IMG/VR virus record: IMGVR_UViG_3300031998_000052
Location: 12,631 to 76,630 of that record
Reading direction: 5' to 3' (one strand)
Source of the DNA: a virus
Taxonomy: Duplodnaviria; Caudoviricetes
DNA: 64,000 nt
Positions within the stretch are counted from its first letter, which is position 1. Every line of letters starts with the position of its first letter. The notes beneath the pieces are model-generated. The model made no database searches and was not told where the DNA came from. It worked only from the letters and a program-made list of their open reading frames with translations. The position numbers and the translations under genes are program-made. Shown in pieces: positions 49,281 through 59,438 of this stretch.

Positions 49281-50870
49281 ATGCCAAACATCTCTGATTA
49301 CATCAATGACTCCAAGAAGCAGTTGTGGACCCGCCGCGTCGTGTCCGCACCTGCCCCGGCGCAGAATCAGAAGGGAAGGAACAAGCGCCGCTCGGTGGTG
49401 CCGCCCGTCGGCTCTTTCATCACCCTGCGGCAGGAGGACTTCCTTAACGAGATTACGCCGAGCGCCCACGACATCAACTCCAAGTTTATGTCGAAGCGGC
49501 CCATCTACAAAGACACCGGCATCAAGGACTCGAAGGGGCGCACCAAGTGGGAACTCGTCGGTTACGACGATGTTGAGACTGTGGCCCTCGGCATCCAGGA
49601 GTGCATCATCGGAAAGAAGATCTCACACTTCGCCGGTGACGGATTCTGGACGTCCAACGAGACCGAGGACAAGGGGGCTTACGACAAGCTCATCTCCTGG
49701 CTCGACATATCCGGCATCTCCAAGTCTGCCTGGCTCCAACTCGTCCGCTCGGTCTTCCGTACCGGAGATGGCGCCATCTATATCTACCGTGATGACAATG
49801 GCATTGACTACAAGGTCTTCGGTTACGAGGAAGGATCCGTCCTCTACCCGAAGGTCGATATCAACGGTAACACCACGGTAGCCAGGAAGTACACCTTCGA
49901 TGGACATGTAACGGTTGACATCTTCAACAGCGAGGGTATGGAGACCTGGATGCAGCTTGACGATGACGATGACTCCATTATCCCGAAGGAGAATCGCACC
50001 AAGAGCGAAGACGGCTATGTCCTCGTGAAGAAGATGGCGAACCAGGCCGGGAAGAGAGTGCAGTGCATCTACTTCCGCGTGCCGGACATTCCGACCGGAC
50101 CGGCCCAGCTTTCCATCGAGGCCCTGGAGGATGCCTGCTCCTACATGTCAGAGGAAATGAAGAACAGCGCCTTCCCGATCCTGTTCCTCAAGACCGAAAA
50201 CCTGGTCAGCCTTCCTCCGTCCGAGATGAACGGAAAGACCATCGGCGTCAAGGGAAGCACGGACGCACTCGCCCACAGCGACGCCAAGTTCCTCGACCCG
50301 CCGGATGCCAGCAACGTGGCCACCATCCACCTGGAGAATCTTTGGAACAACATCGTCCGCACCTGCATGTCCGTCTTCGTCGAGCCGGATGTTCTCAAGC
50401 AGGGCGCCGACTCCAGCACGACCATTAAGATCATGTTTGCGCCCGAGATTCAGTGGTGCCAGAATATCTGGCCCTACTTCTTCAAGGGGGTACGTGACCT
50501 TATGAACGTGATGAAAGCCCTGGTCGGAGCACAGGAGGGTGACGTGAAGAGGTACGAAAAGCTACTCATTTCCGTCGGCCCGAATGTCTGGATGCCTCAG
50601 AACATCGCCGAGCAGGTCAAAAATGAGTGCGACCAGGTGTACGCCCGCATCAAGTCCCGCGAAGCCGCCATGGAAGACCTCGGGTCCCAGCATGTCGGTG
50701 ACTACGGCAAGGTCAAGGAAGAGTGGGAGTACGAACTGCAAATCAAGGCCGAGATTCCCGCAAAGGTCAAGGCCAAATACGGAGTTGACACCGGAAGCGC
50801 CGGGGAAGAGAAGAACCCCAGCAAGCCAGGAGTTGACAACAACAGTTCCGGACGCACGATCCAGGAGTAA
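49281..50870 (+). CDS. Portal protein
   Basis: 529 aa directly after terL; FRTGDGAIYIY, DAKFLDPPD. Confidence 0.8.
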   Translation: MPNISDYINDSKKQLWTRRVVSAPAPAQNQKGRNKRRSVVPPVGSFITLRQEDFLNEITPSAHDINSKFMSKRPIYKDTGIKDSKGRTKWELVGYDDVETVALGIQECIIGKKISHFAGDGFWTSNETEDKGAYDKLISWLDISGISKSAWLQLVRSVFRTGDGAIYIYRDDNGIDYKVFGYEEGSVLYPKVDINGNTTVARKYTFDGHVTVDIFNSEGMETWMQLDDDDDSIIPKENRTKSEDGYVLVKKMANQAGKRVQCIYFRVPDIPTGPAQLSIEALEDACSYMSEEMKNSAFPILFLKTENLVSLPPSEMNGKTIGVKGSTDALAHSDAKFLDPPDASNVATIHLENLWNNIVRTCMSVFVEPDVLKQGADSSTTIKIMFAPEIQWCQNIWPYFFKGVRDLMNVMKALVGAQEGDVKRYEKLLISVGPNVWMPQNIAEQVKNECDQVYARIKSREAAMEDLGSQHVGDYGKVKEEWEYELQIKAEIPAKVKAKYGVDTGSAGEEKNPSKPGVDNNSSGRTIQE

Positions 50871-50873
50871 CAG

Positions 50874-50903
50874 AAAAAGGGGCGCTTCACAGCGGCCCTT
50901 TTT
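50874..50903. terminator. Bidirectional terminator
   Basis: AAAAAGGGGCGC...GCGGCCCTTTTT. Confidence 0.7.
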
Positions 50904-50935
50904 CATCCAACTTTATGATTATGAAATTCTCGATA

Positions 50936-50959
50936 CAAAGATACGCAAAAAGCGTGCCA
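50936..50959 (-). promoter_or_regulatory. Overlapping sigma54 consensus and -7 box with no clear gene
   Basis: TGGCACG-CTTT-TTGCG immediately followed by TATCTTTG. Confidence 0.45.
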
Positions 50960-51002
50960 CTTCCAAAAGAAATGACACGCACATTGAATATGGTGGTGTA
51001 GA

Positions 51003-51356
51003 TTAGAAGGGGTCTTCGCTATCCGGCTGCTGGGATGCGGGGGCGGCAGCAGGCGCCGGAGCAGCGGCCTGGGCCTGGGCGCCCTCAATAGCCCAATCAA
51101 AGCAGGTTACATTGTGATACCACTTGTCGTTGTACTCGCGAGATGAGACGTCGTAGAAGAATTTACCCTTCTGTCCGACGCGGAGTTTTGCAAACTCCTC
51201 GGCGCGATTCGACCGACACTCAAGCATGAGGTTTGACGTGTAGCGGCCATTCTCATACTCAATAACGATTTTCGCGGTGGCCCAGGGGCCACGGCTACCC
51301 ATTCCCCGTTCTATCGGGAGGACTTTGGTAATGCGTCCTTCAACTTCATTTTTCAT
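51003..51356 (-). CDS. DUF3127-type OB-fold single-stranded DNA-binding protein
   Basis: VEGRITKVLP..G.GSRGPW, SREYNDKWY, AP-rich tail ending EDPF. Confidence 0.8.
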   Translation of the reverse strand: MKNEVEGRITKVLPIERGMGSRGPWATAKIVIEYENGRYTSNLMLECRSNRAEEFAKLRVGQKGKFFYDVSSREYNDKWYHNVTCFDWAIEGAQAQAAAPAPAAAPASQQPDSEDPF

Positions 51357-51972
51357 CTTCGGTTTTTATTTGAATGTCTAACATTTCTTGTTTATCAAAA
51401 TGTATGCCGTGAGCCTCACATTCCTTCAAATATTTGCAATGCGGGCACATGTCTTCCGTATTGTCCTCGCAGAACTGACGGTAGGCGCACTGGCCGCATT
51501 GAACCGGGAGATACCGGCGAGGCTCCTCGGGCGCCTTTTCGTCAACGTCCAGGAGGCCGATCTTGTCTGCCAGTTTCATTACCATCTCGGGGTCCTTTGC
51601 CTGGTCGATGTTCTGGATGAGGGACATGGAGAATTCGGTGAGCTTTTCCTTGGACTTCGCCTTCCTCTCCTCCATCGAGAGGTCTGGGGCAAACGGCTTC
51701 AATTCCTTGGCGGGATTCAGGAATTTGTCAAGGGTGGCCTCGTAGGCAACAAGATACTCCTTCACATCCTTGCGCGAGAAGAACTGCTTCACGTACTCGT
51801 CGATTGCCGCCTGAGCGCGGGAGTTGAGCATGTCTGGACGGGCAAAAGTGATGTAGGCGTCCCGCCTGGTGCAGCCAGAAAGAACCATCCAGGTGAGCGC
51901 GGACTGCTCGTCCTGGTTCAGCGAAGACGCAGCGAAGCCTTCCGGCCTCATGGGTATCATTGATTTAGCCAT
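51346..51972 (-). CDS. Hypothetical protein, possible terminase small subunit
   Basis: N-terminal helical DNA-binding-like region, C-terminal Cys cluster; own TATCTTTG at 51980-51987. Confidence 0.4.
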   Translation of the reverse strand: MAKSMIPMRPEGFAASSLNQDEQSALTWMVLSGCTRRDAYITFARPDMLNSRAQAAIDEYVKQFFSRKDVKEYLVAYEATLDKFLNPAKELKPFAPDLSMEERKAKSKEKLTEFSMSLIQNIDQAKDPEMVMKLADKIGLLDVDEKAPEEPRRYLPVQCGQCAYRQFCEDNTEDMCPHCKYLKECEAHGIHFDKQEMLDIQIKTEDEK

Positions 51973-51987
51973 AGTGCGACAAAGATA

Positions 51988-52395
51988 CTACTTTTTGGCG
52001 AGATATTCGGCAAGTAAATCCATAAATGCTTCCTTTGTGCGGATCACCTCGTAGCGATACCCCTGTGCCTCAACAAGTGCCTGCCATTCTCGCTGCTCCT
52101 TGCGCTGGTATCCATCGAGCGTTTTCATTTCAATCATGAGTCCATGATATCCTCCCCTCGGGATGAGAAGGATGAGGTCGGCGACTCCCTTCACGATCCC
52201 TTCTGCCCGGCGCATGGCGCCTTGAACCACATTGTCGCCAGACTGATTGAGTTCATTGGCCACATGGAACAGGAGCCGCCTCACTTCCGGGTATTTGTTC
52301 CAGGCCGCCTTGTAACATTCAGCCTGCAACTTCATTTCTGGTGACTGCCTATGCTTTCTGGTGTACGGGTTCGGAGGTGTCGGCGTCGTTCCCAT
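51988..52395 (-). CDS. VRR-NUC nuclease
   Basis: LLFHVANE, GVADLILL, IEMKT, Q..WQ..VEAQGYRY. Confidence 0.88.
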   Translation of the reverse strand: MGTTPTPPNPYTRKHRQSPEMKLQAECYKAAWNKYPEVRRLLFHVANELNQSGDNVVQGAMRRAEGIVKGVADLILLIPRGGYHGLMIEMKTLDGYQRKEQREWQALVEAQGYRYEVIRTKEAFMDLLAEYLAKK

Positions 52396-53774
52396 TGATC
52401 AATACTCCTTTCATTTCTTCTGGGTGATTCACAAGCGTACACCAGATGCAGTTGGTGGCCCATTGCTCAAGATAAGCAAGGGGTTCACTTGTATCAAATC
52501 CACCAAGGGGAATATCAAATTGCTCACTCAAATAAGCGACATAATGCAATGCCTCGTGAGAGCATATACCTGCTCTACAGCTTCCTGGCATAAAAATGGA
52601 AACAAGACAACCACGCATCTTGCTTTTCTTATTTCCAACAATCGTCGTATTGGCATATCTGCCATATACATCCTCAAGCACATCGCCAAAGCTGTCCACC
52701 ACCTCACCATCATTGTTAAAAGGATAAAACAGTTCACTAATATCCTCTGTGCTTGGTTTCTTACATACCCATAACCTTGTCGGGTATATCACCGGGTCAA
52801 ACTCGTAGATCACTGATTTCATAGCGCTTCAAAAATCAAAATGTGTTCCCATAACTAACAACAGACGTTCGAGGTTTCCAGGCACTGATTCTTGGCGTTT
52901 TGGAGCTTCGTATGGCTTATTATACTCATTCCGTTCTCCGACCTCAAAATCAATAGCCGCGTAATAGTTGTCCATACGGTCAAAATAGTCCTCGCCATGT
53001 CCTCCATTCAGATACAGAAGTCGCTCATCTCTTTCCTCCTGAGACTCATACAATTCCACCGAGTCGGCATCTGGAATGGACATCCTTTCGTCTATAATCC
53101 AAACTTGCTTTACTAATCCATAGAGTTTCATATTTCTTCAAACGGTATTCCGTTAACGGTTATTTTCAGATTAAGGTCGTTTGCATCTTTTACTAACAAG
53201 GCGCGAGTTTCACCGTCGTTAGTGAACATTAACGGCAAGTGCTTCTCTTTCGCCTCGCGAAGCGTAGATATTATCTCGATCGGGATAATCAGGTCTGGCC
53301 GCAAAGGTTTCACATCTACCACATTAGACTCGAAGACAAGGCAATCATCCGGCAGACCGCCACACGGCATCTCTCACGGCTCAATTATAAAAGAATCTTC
53401 AAATATATTCATGTCCTTCATTTCTCGCATTCGCTTTTCTCTTCGACTTCTACAGGAAGAATCTTCAGTGACCTAATTGGAATGTACTTCCATCCCTCTT
53501 TTATCAGCTGCCCACGATGAAGCACTCGCATGCCAAACTCTCCGGCGCCAGCAAGGACGGTTTCATGAATATAATCATCCGATGGTGCAATTTTCCACAT
53601 TGGGAAGTTCTCAAGCACCTTTTTCTTTCCAGCCTCAACTCCCTGCTGAAAGCCGGTCTGGTAATCTTCGCCCTCAAGTTTGATTTGCTTCTTGACCTCC
53701 TTGAGCATCGCCCCGTACAATTGATGGGCAATATTGTCAATAGAATGAATGAATTGTTCTGAGAATTGTTCCAT
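52349..53774 (-). other. AT-rich hypothetical genes (52349-52822, 52829-53131, 53128-53370, 53418-53774)
   Basis: Co-oriented ORFs; HEALH motif in the first. Confidence 0.6.
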
Positions 53775-53815
53775 GTCCGTAATAATTTATCTAATTCACC
53801 CTTCAAATTCCGTGC

Positions 53816-54421
53816 CTAAAACAGTTTCGGCGATGAGTCATAAGCAAAATGAAACCTTCCTCCGTTTCTTTTATTCTGCACCTCGTCGCCTTGTTTCGGA
53901 GGATAGCCATCTGGTCGCCAGAAGAAACCGCCGTGCGTTCTATTTTCACCTCGGTAGCAAGCTGATATATGAGCACGGCACAGGCCAGTTTCCCTTGCCG
54001 CTTCCGATATGCTGCGAAATACTTTGATGAGATTGCAGTTTAGGTCGTACTGTAAGACACGCTTCCTCTTGCTTCTTACCATCCTCTCCCTTGCGGAACC
54101 ATAGTTCAAATTGTATTTATTTGTACACCATTCCAAATTCTCCGCATTGTTATTAGTTCTGTTCTCGTCTTTATGATTTACGATCGGATATCCATAAGGA
54201 TTCGGCACGAAGGCGATGGCGACTAAACGGTGGACAAAAAATTGTTTTGTCTTCCCATTTTTAGATAAACCCACGACCTTATACCCATAGCAAGATGTGG
54301 ATTGCCGTATAATTTTGACTATTCCAAAACATTTATAGTTAAGGGCTTTCACATTGCCATAATTACTGATTTCATATAGGCCCTCATATCCAAGAACGGC
54401 CTTCCAAACTTCTCTCTTCAT
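53816..54421 (-). CDS. NUMOD4-HNH homing endonuclease
   Basis: EVWKAVLGYEGLYEISNYG, VHRLVA.AF, VNHKDENRTNN..NLEW, NUMOD1-like FRSISEAARETG; start ATG 54421. Confidence 0.92.
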   Translation of the reverse strand: MKREVWKAVLGYEGLYEISNYGNVKALNYKCFGIVKIIRQSTSCYGYKVVGLSKNGKTKQFFVHRLVAIAFVPNPYGYPIVNHKDENRTNNNAENLEWCTNKYNLNYGSARERMVRSKRKRVLQYDLNCNLIKVFRSISEAARETGLCRAHISACYRGENRTHGGFFWRPDGYPPKQGDEVQNKRNGGRFHFAYDSSPKLF

Positions 54422-54434
54422 CTTAAAAACGAAT

Positions 54435-54531
54435 CCCCGAATTTTCAAAAGGTGGTTGCAGCACCTCCCTACTCATCCGGGGCTCTATATTTCTCTTCCT
54501 CGTCTGCAACACGAGTGTGTATGCAAAGATA
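54435..54531 (-). promoter_or_regulatory. Promoter plus kissing-loop leader RNA candidate (copy A)
   Basis: TATCTTTG; CTCGT[GTTGCAG]ACGAG; CCCCGGA/TTCGGGG enclosing AGGTG[CTGCAAC]CACCT. Confidence 0.6.
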
Positions 54532-54546
54532 CGAAGAATATATTAA

Positions 54547-56085
54547 TTATCCAAATAGGCCAATATCATCTTTTGCTTGCTTGGGTTTTACCTTGTGCCG
54601 ATGCTTCTCCCAGGAGTTCTTCTTCCAGACGAAATAGAAGCGGTTTGCGTCCTCTCTCGTCTTCTCTGGATGGAAGGTCAGGTATGCTTCGATAATTGCA
54701 GGCTTGACATTCTCCGCATTCGCCAGTGCGACCTGTAGCAAGATGCGATAGAATGACCAGCCTTCGCGCTTCTTCTCTGCGCAGAACTGGCGTATCGTGC
54801 CTTTCTCGGTATTCGCAACCTCCTCCAGATAAAGTTCGTATTCGTACTTCTCTGTTAAGAACACATGCCCGCAGGCCGGGCAGACCTTGCAGGACACAGG
54901 GACCAACTGCCCGCATCCCTTCTTGTGGTTAATGTCTTCTTTATCGGTAGGACATTCTTTAACGCCCTGGACGCCACTGCCGGTATGCGTATCATGCCAT
55001 AATAGCCATTGGTACTCGTCCGCGAATCCTCCGTGCTTCTTCCAGTTCTCGCCACAATCGAGTACTGTAAACTCTGTCTTCCCGTCAGCAACACGGCACC
55101 CACGACCGATGGCCTGGCGCCAGCGTGCGATAGAGACCGTGGCAAAGTCCACGATGATCGTCTGTACGTCTGGTGCATCGAAACCCGCCGTCAATATGTT
55201 AACATTGACAAGCACCTCAAACTCGCCTCGGGCGAAAGCGTCATATATGTCTTTTCTCTTTCCGCTATATTCCTCGTCTTCCTCGAAGTCCCCGGAAAGC
55301 ACATATCTCGCGGATATACCGTTCGCCTCGAATTCGCGACAGGTTTCGATTGCCTGCTGGGAAGAGACGCAGAAGCAAATGGTCTTCGTGTGTGGAGTCA
55401 GTCTCAGCCATTCCTTGACTACGCCCTGGTATAGCGTCTTCTGTTCAAATACCTGCGCCAGCGCCTTGCGGTTGTAGTCGCCGATGCCCTGATCTATCGG
55501 AATGTCCAGTTTCGGAGCGGCCACGGAGAAAAGCCGGCACTTACAAAGATAGCCCATGTCGATAAGTTCCTGGGTGGTAACGCCAAGAACCATCGCCTTA
55601 TACATCTCGCCCAATTGCTTCTGGTGGCCATAGCGTTTCGGTGTAGCCGTGCAGCCAAGAACAAAGCACGATTCGTTCAGGTATTCATGCACAAAATCAG
55701 ACGTCTGCATGTGCGCCTCGTCAATGATAAGCAGTTCAACCGAACCAAGATACTCCACCCATTCCGGTTTTTCAACCCTGCGCTTCATGGTCTGCGCCAT
55801 AGCGACCACAATGTTCTTTTTGGGTACGTTCCGGTGCTTCGGGGAAACATAGTCCACGTCCATCCCAAACTTCTGTAAGGCGCCGCCATTCTGGAGAAGA
55901 ATTTCCGTCCTATCAGAAAGTATTAAGACTTTCCTGTTGAACCGCTGTGACGATGCGGCAATATACGAGAATACGATTGTTTTCCCAAAGCCAGTCTGAG
56001 CCTGAAAAAGAACCATTCTATACTGCTTTAGGGCTTGCTTTATTTCATTAACGCTATCCTGCTGATATTTTCTTAGTTCAATCAT
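54547..56085 (-). CDS. SF2 DEAD/DEAH-box helicase
   Basis: AQTGFGKT, DEAH, TATP, LTAGFDAP, QAIGRGCR; C-terminal CKVCPACG zinc ribbon. Confidence 0.92.
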   Translation of the reverse strand: MIELRKYQQDSVNEIKQALKQYRMVLFQAQTGFGKTIVFSYIAASSQRFNRKVLILSDRTEILLQNGGALQKFGMDVDYVSPKHRNVPKKNIVVAMAQTMKRRVEKPEWVEYLGSVELLIIDEAHMQTSDFVHEYLNESCFVLGCTATPKRYGHQKQLGEMYKAMVLGVTTQELIDMGYLCKCRLFSVAAPKLDIPIDQGIGDYNRKALAQVFEQKTLYQGVVKEWLRLTPHTKTICFCVSSQQAIETCREFEANGISARYVLSGDFEEDEEYSGKRKDIYDAFARGEFEVLVNVNILTAGFDAPDVQTIIVDFATVSIARWRQAIGRGCRVADGKTEFTVLDCGENWKKHGGFADEYQWLLWHDTHTGSGVQGVKECPTDKEDINHKKGCGQLVPVSCKVCPACGHVFLTEKYEYELYLEEVANTEKGTIRQFCAEKKREGWSFYRILLQVALANAENVKPAIIEAYLTFHPEKTREDANRFYFVWKKNSWEKHRHKVKPKQAKDDIGLFG

Positions 56086-57543
56086 TCCTCAACAAGTTTC
56101 ACCCAATGCCAATAGTAATCCACCTTCCCTAAACGTGATATCCACATTGATTTGATATTCACGAACGGCAGGCCGAACATCCGTTGACAAAAATCGTCAA
56201 AGTTACCATCGTATTCCCCATCTCGGTTGTTGGTTGTTCTTATGAATTTCGGAATGCAGTTCTTGTCGTCCAAGGTCGTAAACCGCACGTTCTCGTTGCC
56301 AGACCGCTTCCAGAACCTATCCTCCAGAGCATTGGACGGGAAGAACAAATCTGGAGCGTACTTTGCCTGGATCCGGTAGGTCTCAATCACCGGAGGCAGT
56401 GCTTTCCATTCAGGCTTTCTCCTTGCCATACACAACCATTATACACTTTTCCGGTACAAAAATATCCTTTCCGTGGCCCTCTATCCTGGCGTACCTGAGC
56501 CACCTTTCGAGGGCAACCTTCCACTTGACACCATACCGGACCCTGCAAAGCACATCGCACATCCGCTCGCCCTCCACGATGGTCACGGAATCTATCGTGA
56601 CCTCCGGACCATCCAGAAACTGCATCCGGTCTCCGGTCTTGGCATCCAGAAAACACCGCGTTTCCTCGTAGTATAGGCCGTATGGGAGCAGGATGAAGCC
56701 AAGCCAAGGCTCGCCCGGCATGTCATGATACGGTTTATAGGTCTTCCTCGGAGAGTTCCTTGAGTCGAAGTTTCTTGCGCGTGTCATACTTCCTTGTCAA
56801 ATCATGGATGGCCTGGCAGAAAGCGTCGAAAGCGGTCGGACTCATCAGGCGATCCTCGCCCTGCGACCTGGGGTTCCGGCGAAACTCATAGCAGAATTCC
56901 TGCATGTAGGAGATCCAGTCGTTTATGGTTATCTTCCGAAGGTGCTTCTCGACCGGTTTCCAGTGAACCTTCGACTCGCCCTTAAACACCTCAATATTGA
57001 CCTGATTCGGGTACTCCAGCCACTCCTCTATGCCCATCAGGTAGAAGCGCATACAGTATGGCAGGAAGTACCACAAATAGGTCTTGCGGACGATGCGATA
57101 GATGAAGTCGGACGAGAACTTCATGAAGTGGTGCTGACGCGCCCAACGGTACAGGGTGAAGCGCCACATCTCCCAGTCGAAGTCATCCGGCTCGCCCAGG
57201 ACACCGAAGTCCCAGGCTTCCTTGTGTTGTTTCAAGAATTCCTTGGCGCCATAGTCATCGGAATAGTTGCACGCATCAATGACGCCTTGCTTAAAGCAGA
57301 CGTCAAAGAAGCGCACAACCGTAGGCGCCGTGGATCTGTTCAACAACTGTCTCATCTTGCATTTATTCCCCTATCGAGTAGGTACGCGAGGACGGCAAAG
57401 TAGTCTCCGAGAGAACATCCAGTCAACTGAATTGCACGATACGTGCCGTTGTAATTCTCACGGAGCTTCACCTTGCGCTTACCATCGACGCGAACGTAGT
57501 TGGCGTCAAGGTCAAGAATTTCCTCTGCGTCAAAGGTCCTCAT
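56082..57543 (-). other. Hypothetical genes (56082-56435, 56410-56787, 56735-57355, 57352-57543)
   Basis: Overlapping - strand ORFs. Confidence 0.6.
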
Positions 57544-58298
57544 TTCTTCTTCGGTTTTTCGGGCTTCTCGACGATGGTCTGCTTCAACTCACCGTCAATA
57601 ACAGACCAATCGCCAACTTTGAACTCGGAAGGATTGATCTTGGCGTCAATCATCGCGTCAAACAGACGGATGCGCTCCTTCATGGCCTTAATGGACTCCT
57701 CGTAATCCTTCCGCGCAAATTTGAACACGGTGCCACGCCAAGGCTCATTCGGATCATCGTTATCCTCAATGATGTCATCATTTTGGTAGATATACTTCAC
57801 GAGCCAAATTTCCTCGACGGATGGTCTGGAGATGAACTGCCCGAGTAACTGATCCCCGTGATCCTTCCACACAGCCTCCTTCTTCTCAAAATATGACGTG
57901 TAGTCATCATCGAAGAACTCGATAGCCGTATTACCAACCAGGCACTTGAACTCAACAACGATACGCTCGTCCGGAGTATAAGAGTCCGGGGATGCGCCCA
58001 AAGGGCAATCAGGCGCTATCCAAAAGGGAATCTCCGGCAGATTCTTGGAATAAATCAAGCCGGGGAGACCAAGGTTGGCAACGGCCCACTGATAGATATA
58101 CGGCTCCTGCTCGTTGCCAATGTCCATTGTCTTCGCCGAAACCGGCAGAGCGTAGCCATGCTTGCGCTCGAAACGCTTGGAGCGGATGTAAGACAGGCAT
58201 CCGTCAATAATCTTGCCACTTGCGCTCGTGATTGAGCCAAGTTCGGAAGCGGTAATCATTCCGCACCGCTTCTGCTTCCATTCAAATTCCTTATCCAT
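57540..58298 (-). CDS. YqaJ/lambda-exonuclease-like recombinase
   Basis: RCGMITASE, GNEQEP, GASPDS, VEFKC. Confidence 0.85.
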   Translation of the reverse strand: MDKEFEWKQKRCGMITASELGSITSASGKIIDGCLSYIRSKRFERKHGYALPVSAKTMDIGNEQEPYIYQWAVANLGLPGLIYSKNLPEIPFWIAPDCPLGASPDSYTPDERIVVEFKCLVGNTAIEFFDDDYTSYFEKKEAVWKDHGDQLLGQFISRPSVEEIWLVKYIYQNDDIIEDNDDPNEPWRGTVFKFARKDYEESIKAMKERIRLFDAMIDAKINPSEFKVGDWSVIDGELKQTIVEKPEKPKKK

Positions 58299-58301
58299 AC
58301 G

Positions 58302-58913
58302 CTACAAAGGTAAATCGTTCTCGTCGGTTGCTGGAGCGGCTGGAGCCTGTGCGGGCGTCAGCGCATCTGCCACAGCATCCTTCACAGTGTCGTTGGCGAA
58401 GTCAAACTTCTCTGCCACCTGCTCGAAGGTCATGCCCTTCTCCTTCGCCCAGTTCACGGTCTTCTCCAGCACATCCTCGGTGATCACCTTCTTGGCTGCG
58501 GGAGCCGGTGCGGCAGGCGCCGGGTCAGGGTCGTACTTCGACACACGGAGGCCAATGGTCATCTCACCGTCGCTGGGGTCGCGGCAAGGCTCCGAATCCA
58601 GACGGATAGCGCAGCCCAGGCCGGTCAGTAGGTTCAAGCGGCCATGGCACTCGGTTCCGTCGGCCACAATCGTATTCCAGAATCTCTTCGCCAGACGCTT
58701 GCGATTTGTGGAATTGAGCAGCATCGGCTTTTCAATCCCCTGGAGCTTGCACGTCCAGCGCTCATGCTCCGTCTTCCCCTGGACCTTCAAGGTCTCATGG
58801 AACGTAATTTCTTCGATAATCACCCTCGGGAGTTCCATTGCCTCCCCAAGGATCTCAACACCGGCGAAGTCTGACTTCGAGCCGCGTTTGTAAAATATTC
58901 CTTCCATATTCAT
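58302..58913 (-). CDS. Probable ssDNA-annealing/binding partner of the exonuclease
   Basis: Adjacent to the exonuclease; KPMLLNSTNRKRL; AP-rich linker and ENDLPL tail. Confidence 0.5.
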   Translation of the reverse strand: MNMEGIFYKRGSKSDFAGVEILGEAMELPRVIIEEITFHETLKVQGKTEHERWTCKLQGIEKPMLLNSTNRKRLAKRFWNTIVADGTECHGRLNLLTGLGCAIRLDSEPCRDPSDGEMTIGLRVSKYDPDPAPAAPAPAAKKVITEDVLEKTVNWAKEKGMTFEQVAEKFDFANDTVKDAVADALTPAQAPAAPATDENDLPL

Positions 58914-58919
58914 GATGTT

Positions 58920-59438
58920 TTACTTTGACCCATGCAAATTCTGTGCCTCAACAGCCTTCTTGAAGCGGACATTGGTGTCGCGCTCCATTTTTCTGCGCTC
59001 CTTAGGCTTTGCATCCACATATTCCTGGACGGCCTTCACCTCCTCGATTGCGTGCTGCTCCTCGTCGGCGGGTTCGAGTTCCGTCTTCGACAGTCGGTTC
59101 TCGTACTTTCGGAGCGCCTTCTGCACGTCATTCACCAGGCCCTGATCGCGGGTTAGCGTGGCGCCAAGGAAATACAATGTTTCGGCGAAGCCGAAAAGAT
59201 TTTGATTTTCCTGATTGACACTCTCAAGAAGGTACGCATAGGGGTGCTCGCTGGCCAGGAAACGCACCTTCCAGTTTCCCGAGACTGACTCGATGTCGAG
59301 CCAGAACTTGCGGAACGTGTACCGGAAGCCATGACCCTCACCCATTCTGACCACGGGATTCGCCACGTGGAAAAGCCAGAACTTCTGAATTTTTGTCCAA
59401 ATCTTTTTCATAACTATTTGTGGTTTAATTGTTTCCAT
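58920..59438 (-). CDS. Hypothetical protein
   Basis: ORF in the replication operon. Confidence 0.65.
   Translation of the reverse strand: METIKPQIVMKKIWTKIQKFWLFHVANPVVRMGEGHGFRYTFRKFWLDIESVSGNWKVRFLASEHPYAYLLESVNQENQNLFGFAETLYFLGATLTRDQGLVNDVQKALRKYENRLSKTELEPADEEQHAIEEVKAVQEYVDAKPKERRKMERDTNVRFKKAVEAQNLHGSK

Noticed and set aside
50562-50906. 114-aa ORF downstream of the orphan promoter
   Set aside because: Crosses a terminator and is antisense to the portal gene; no recognisable features
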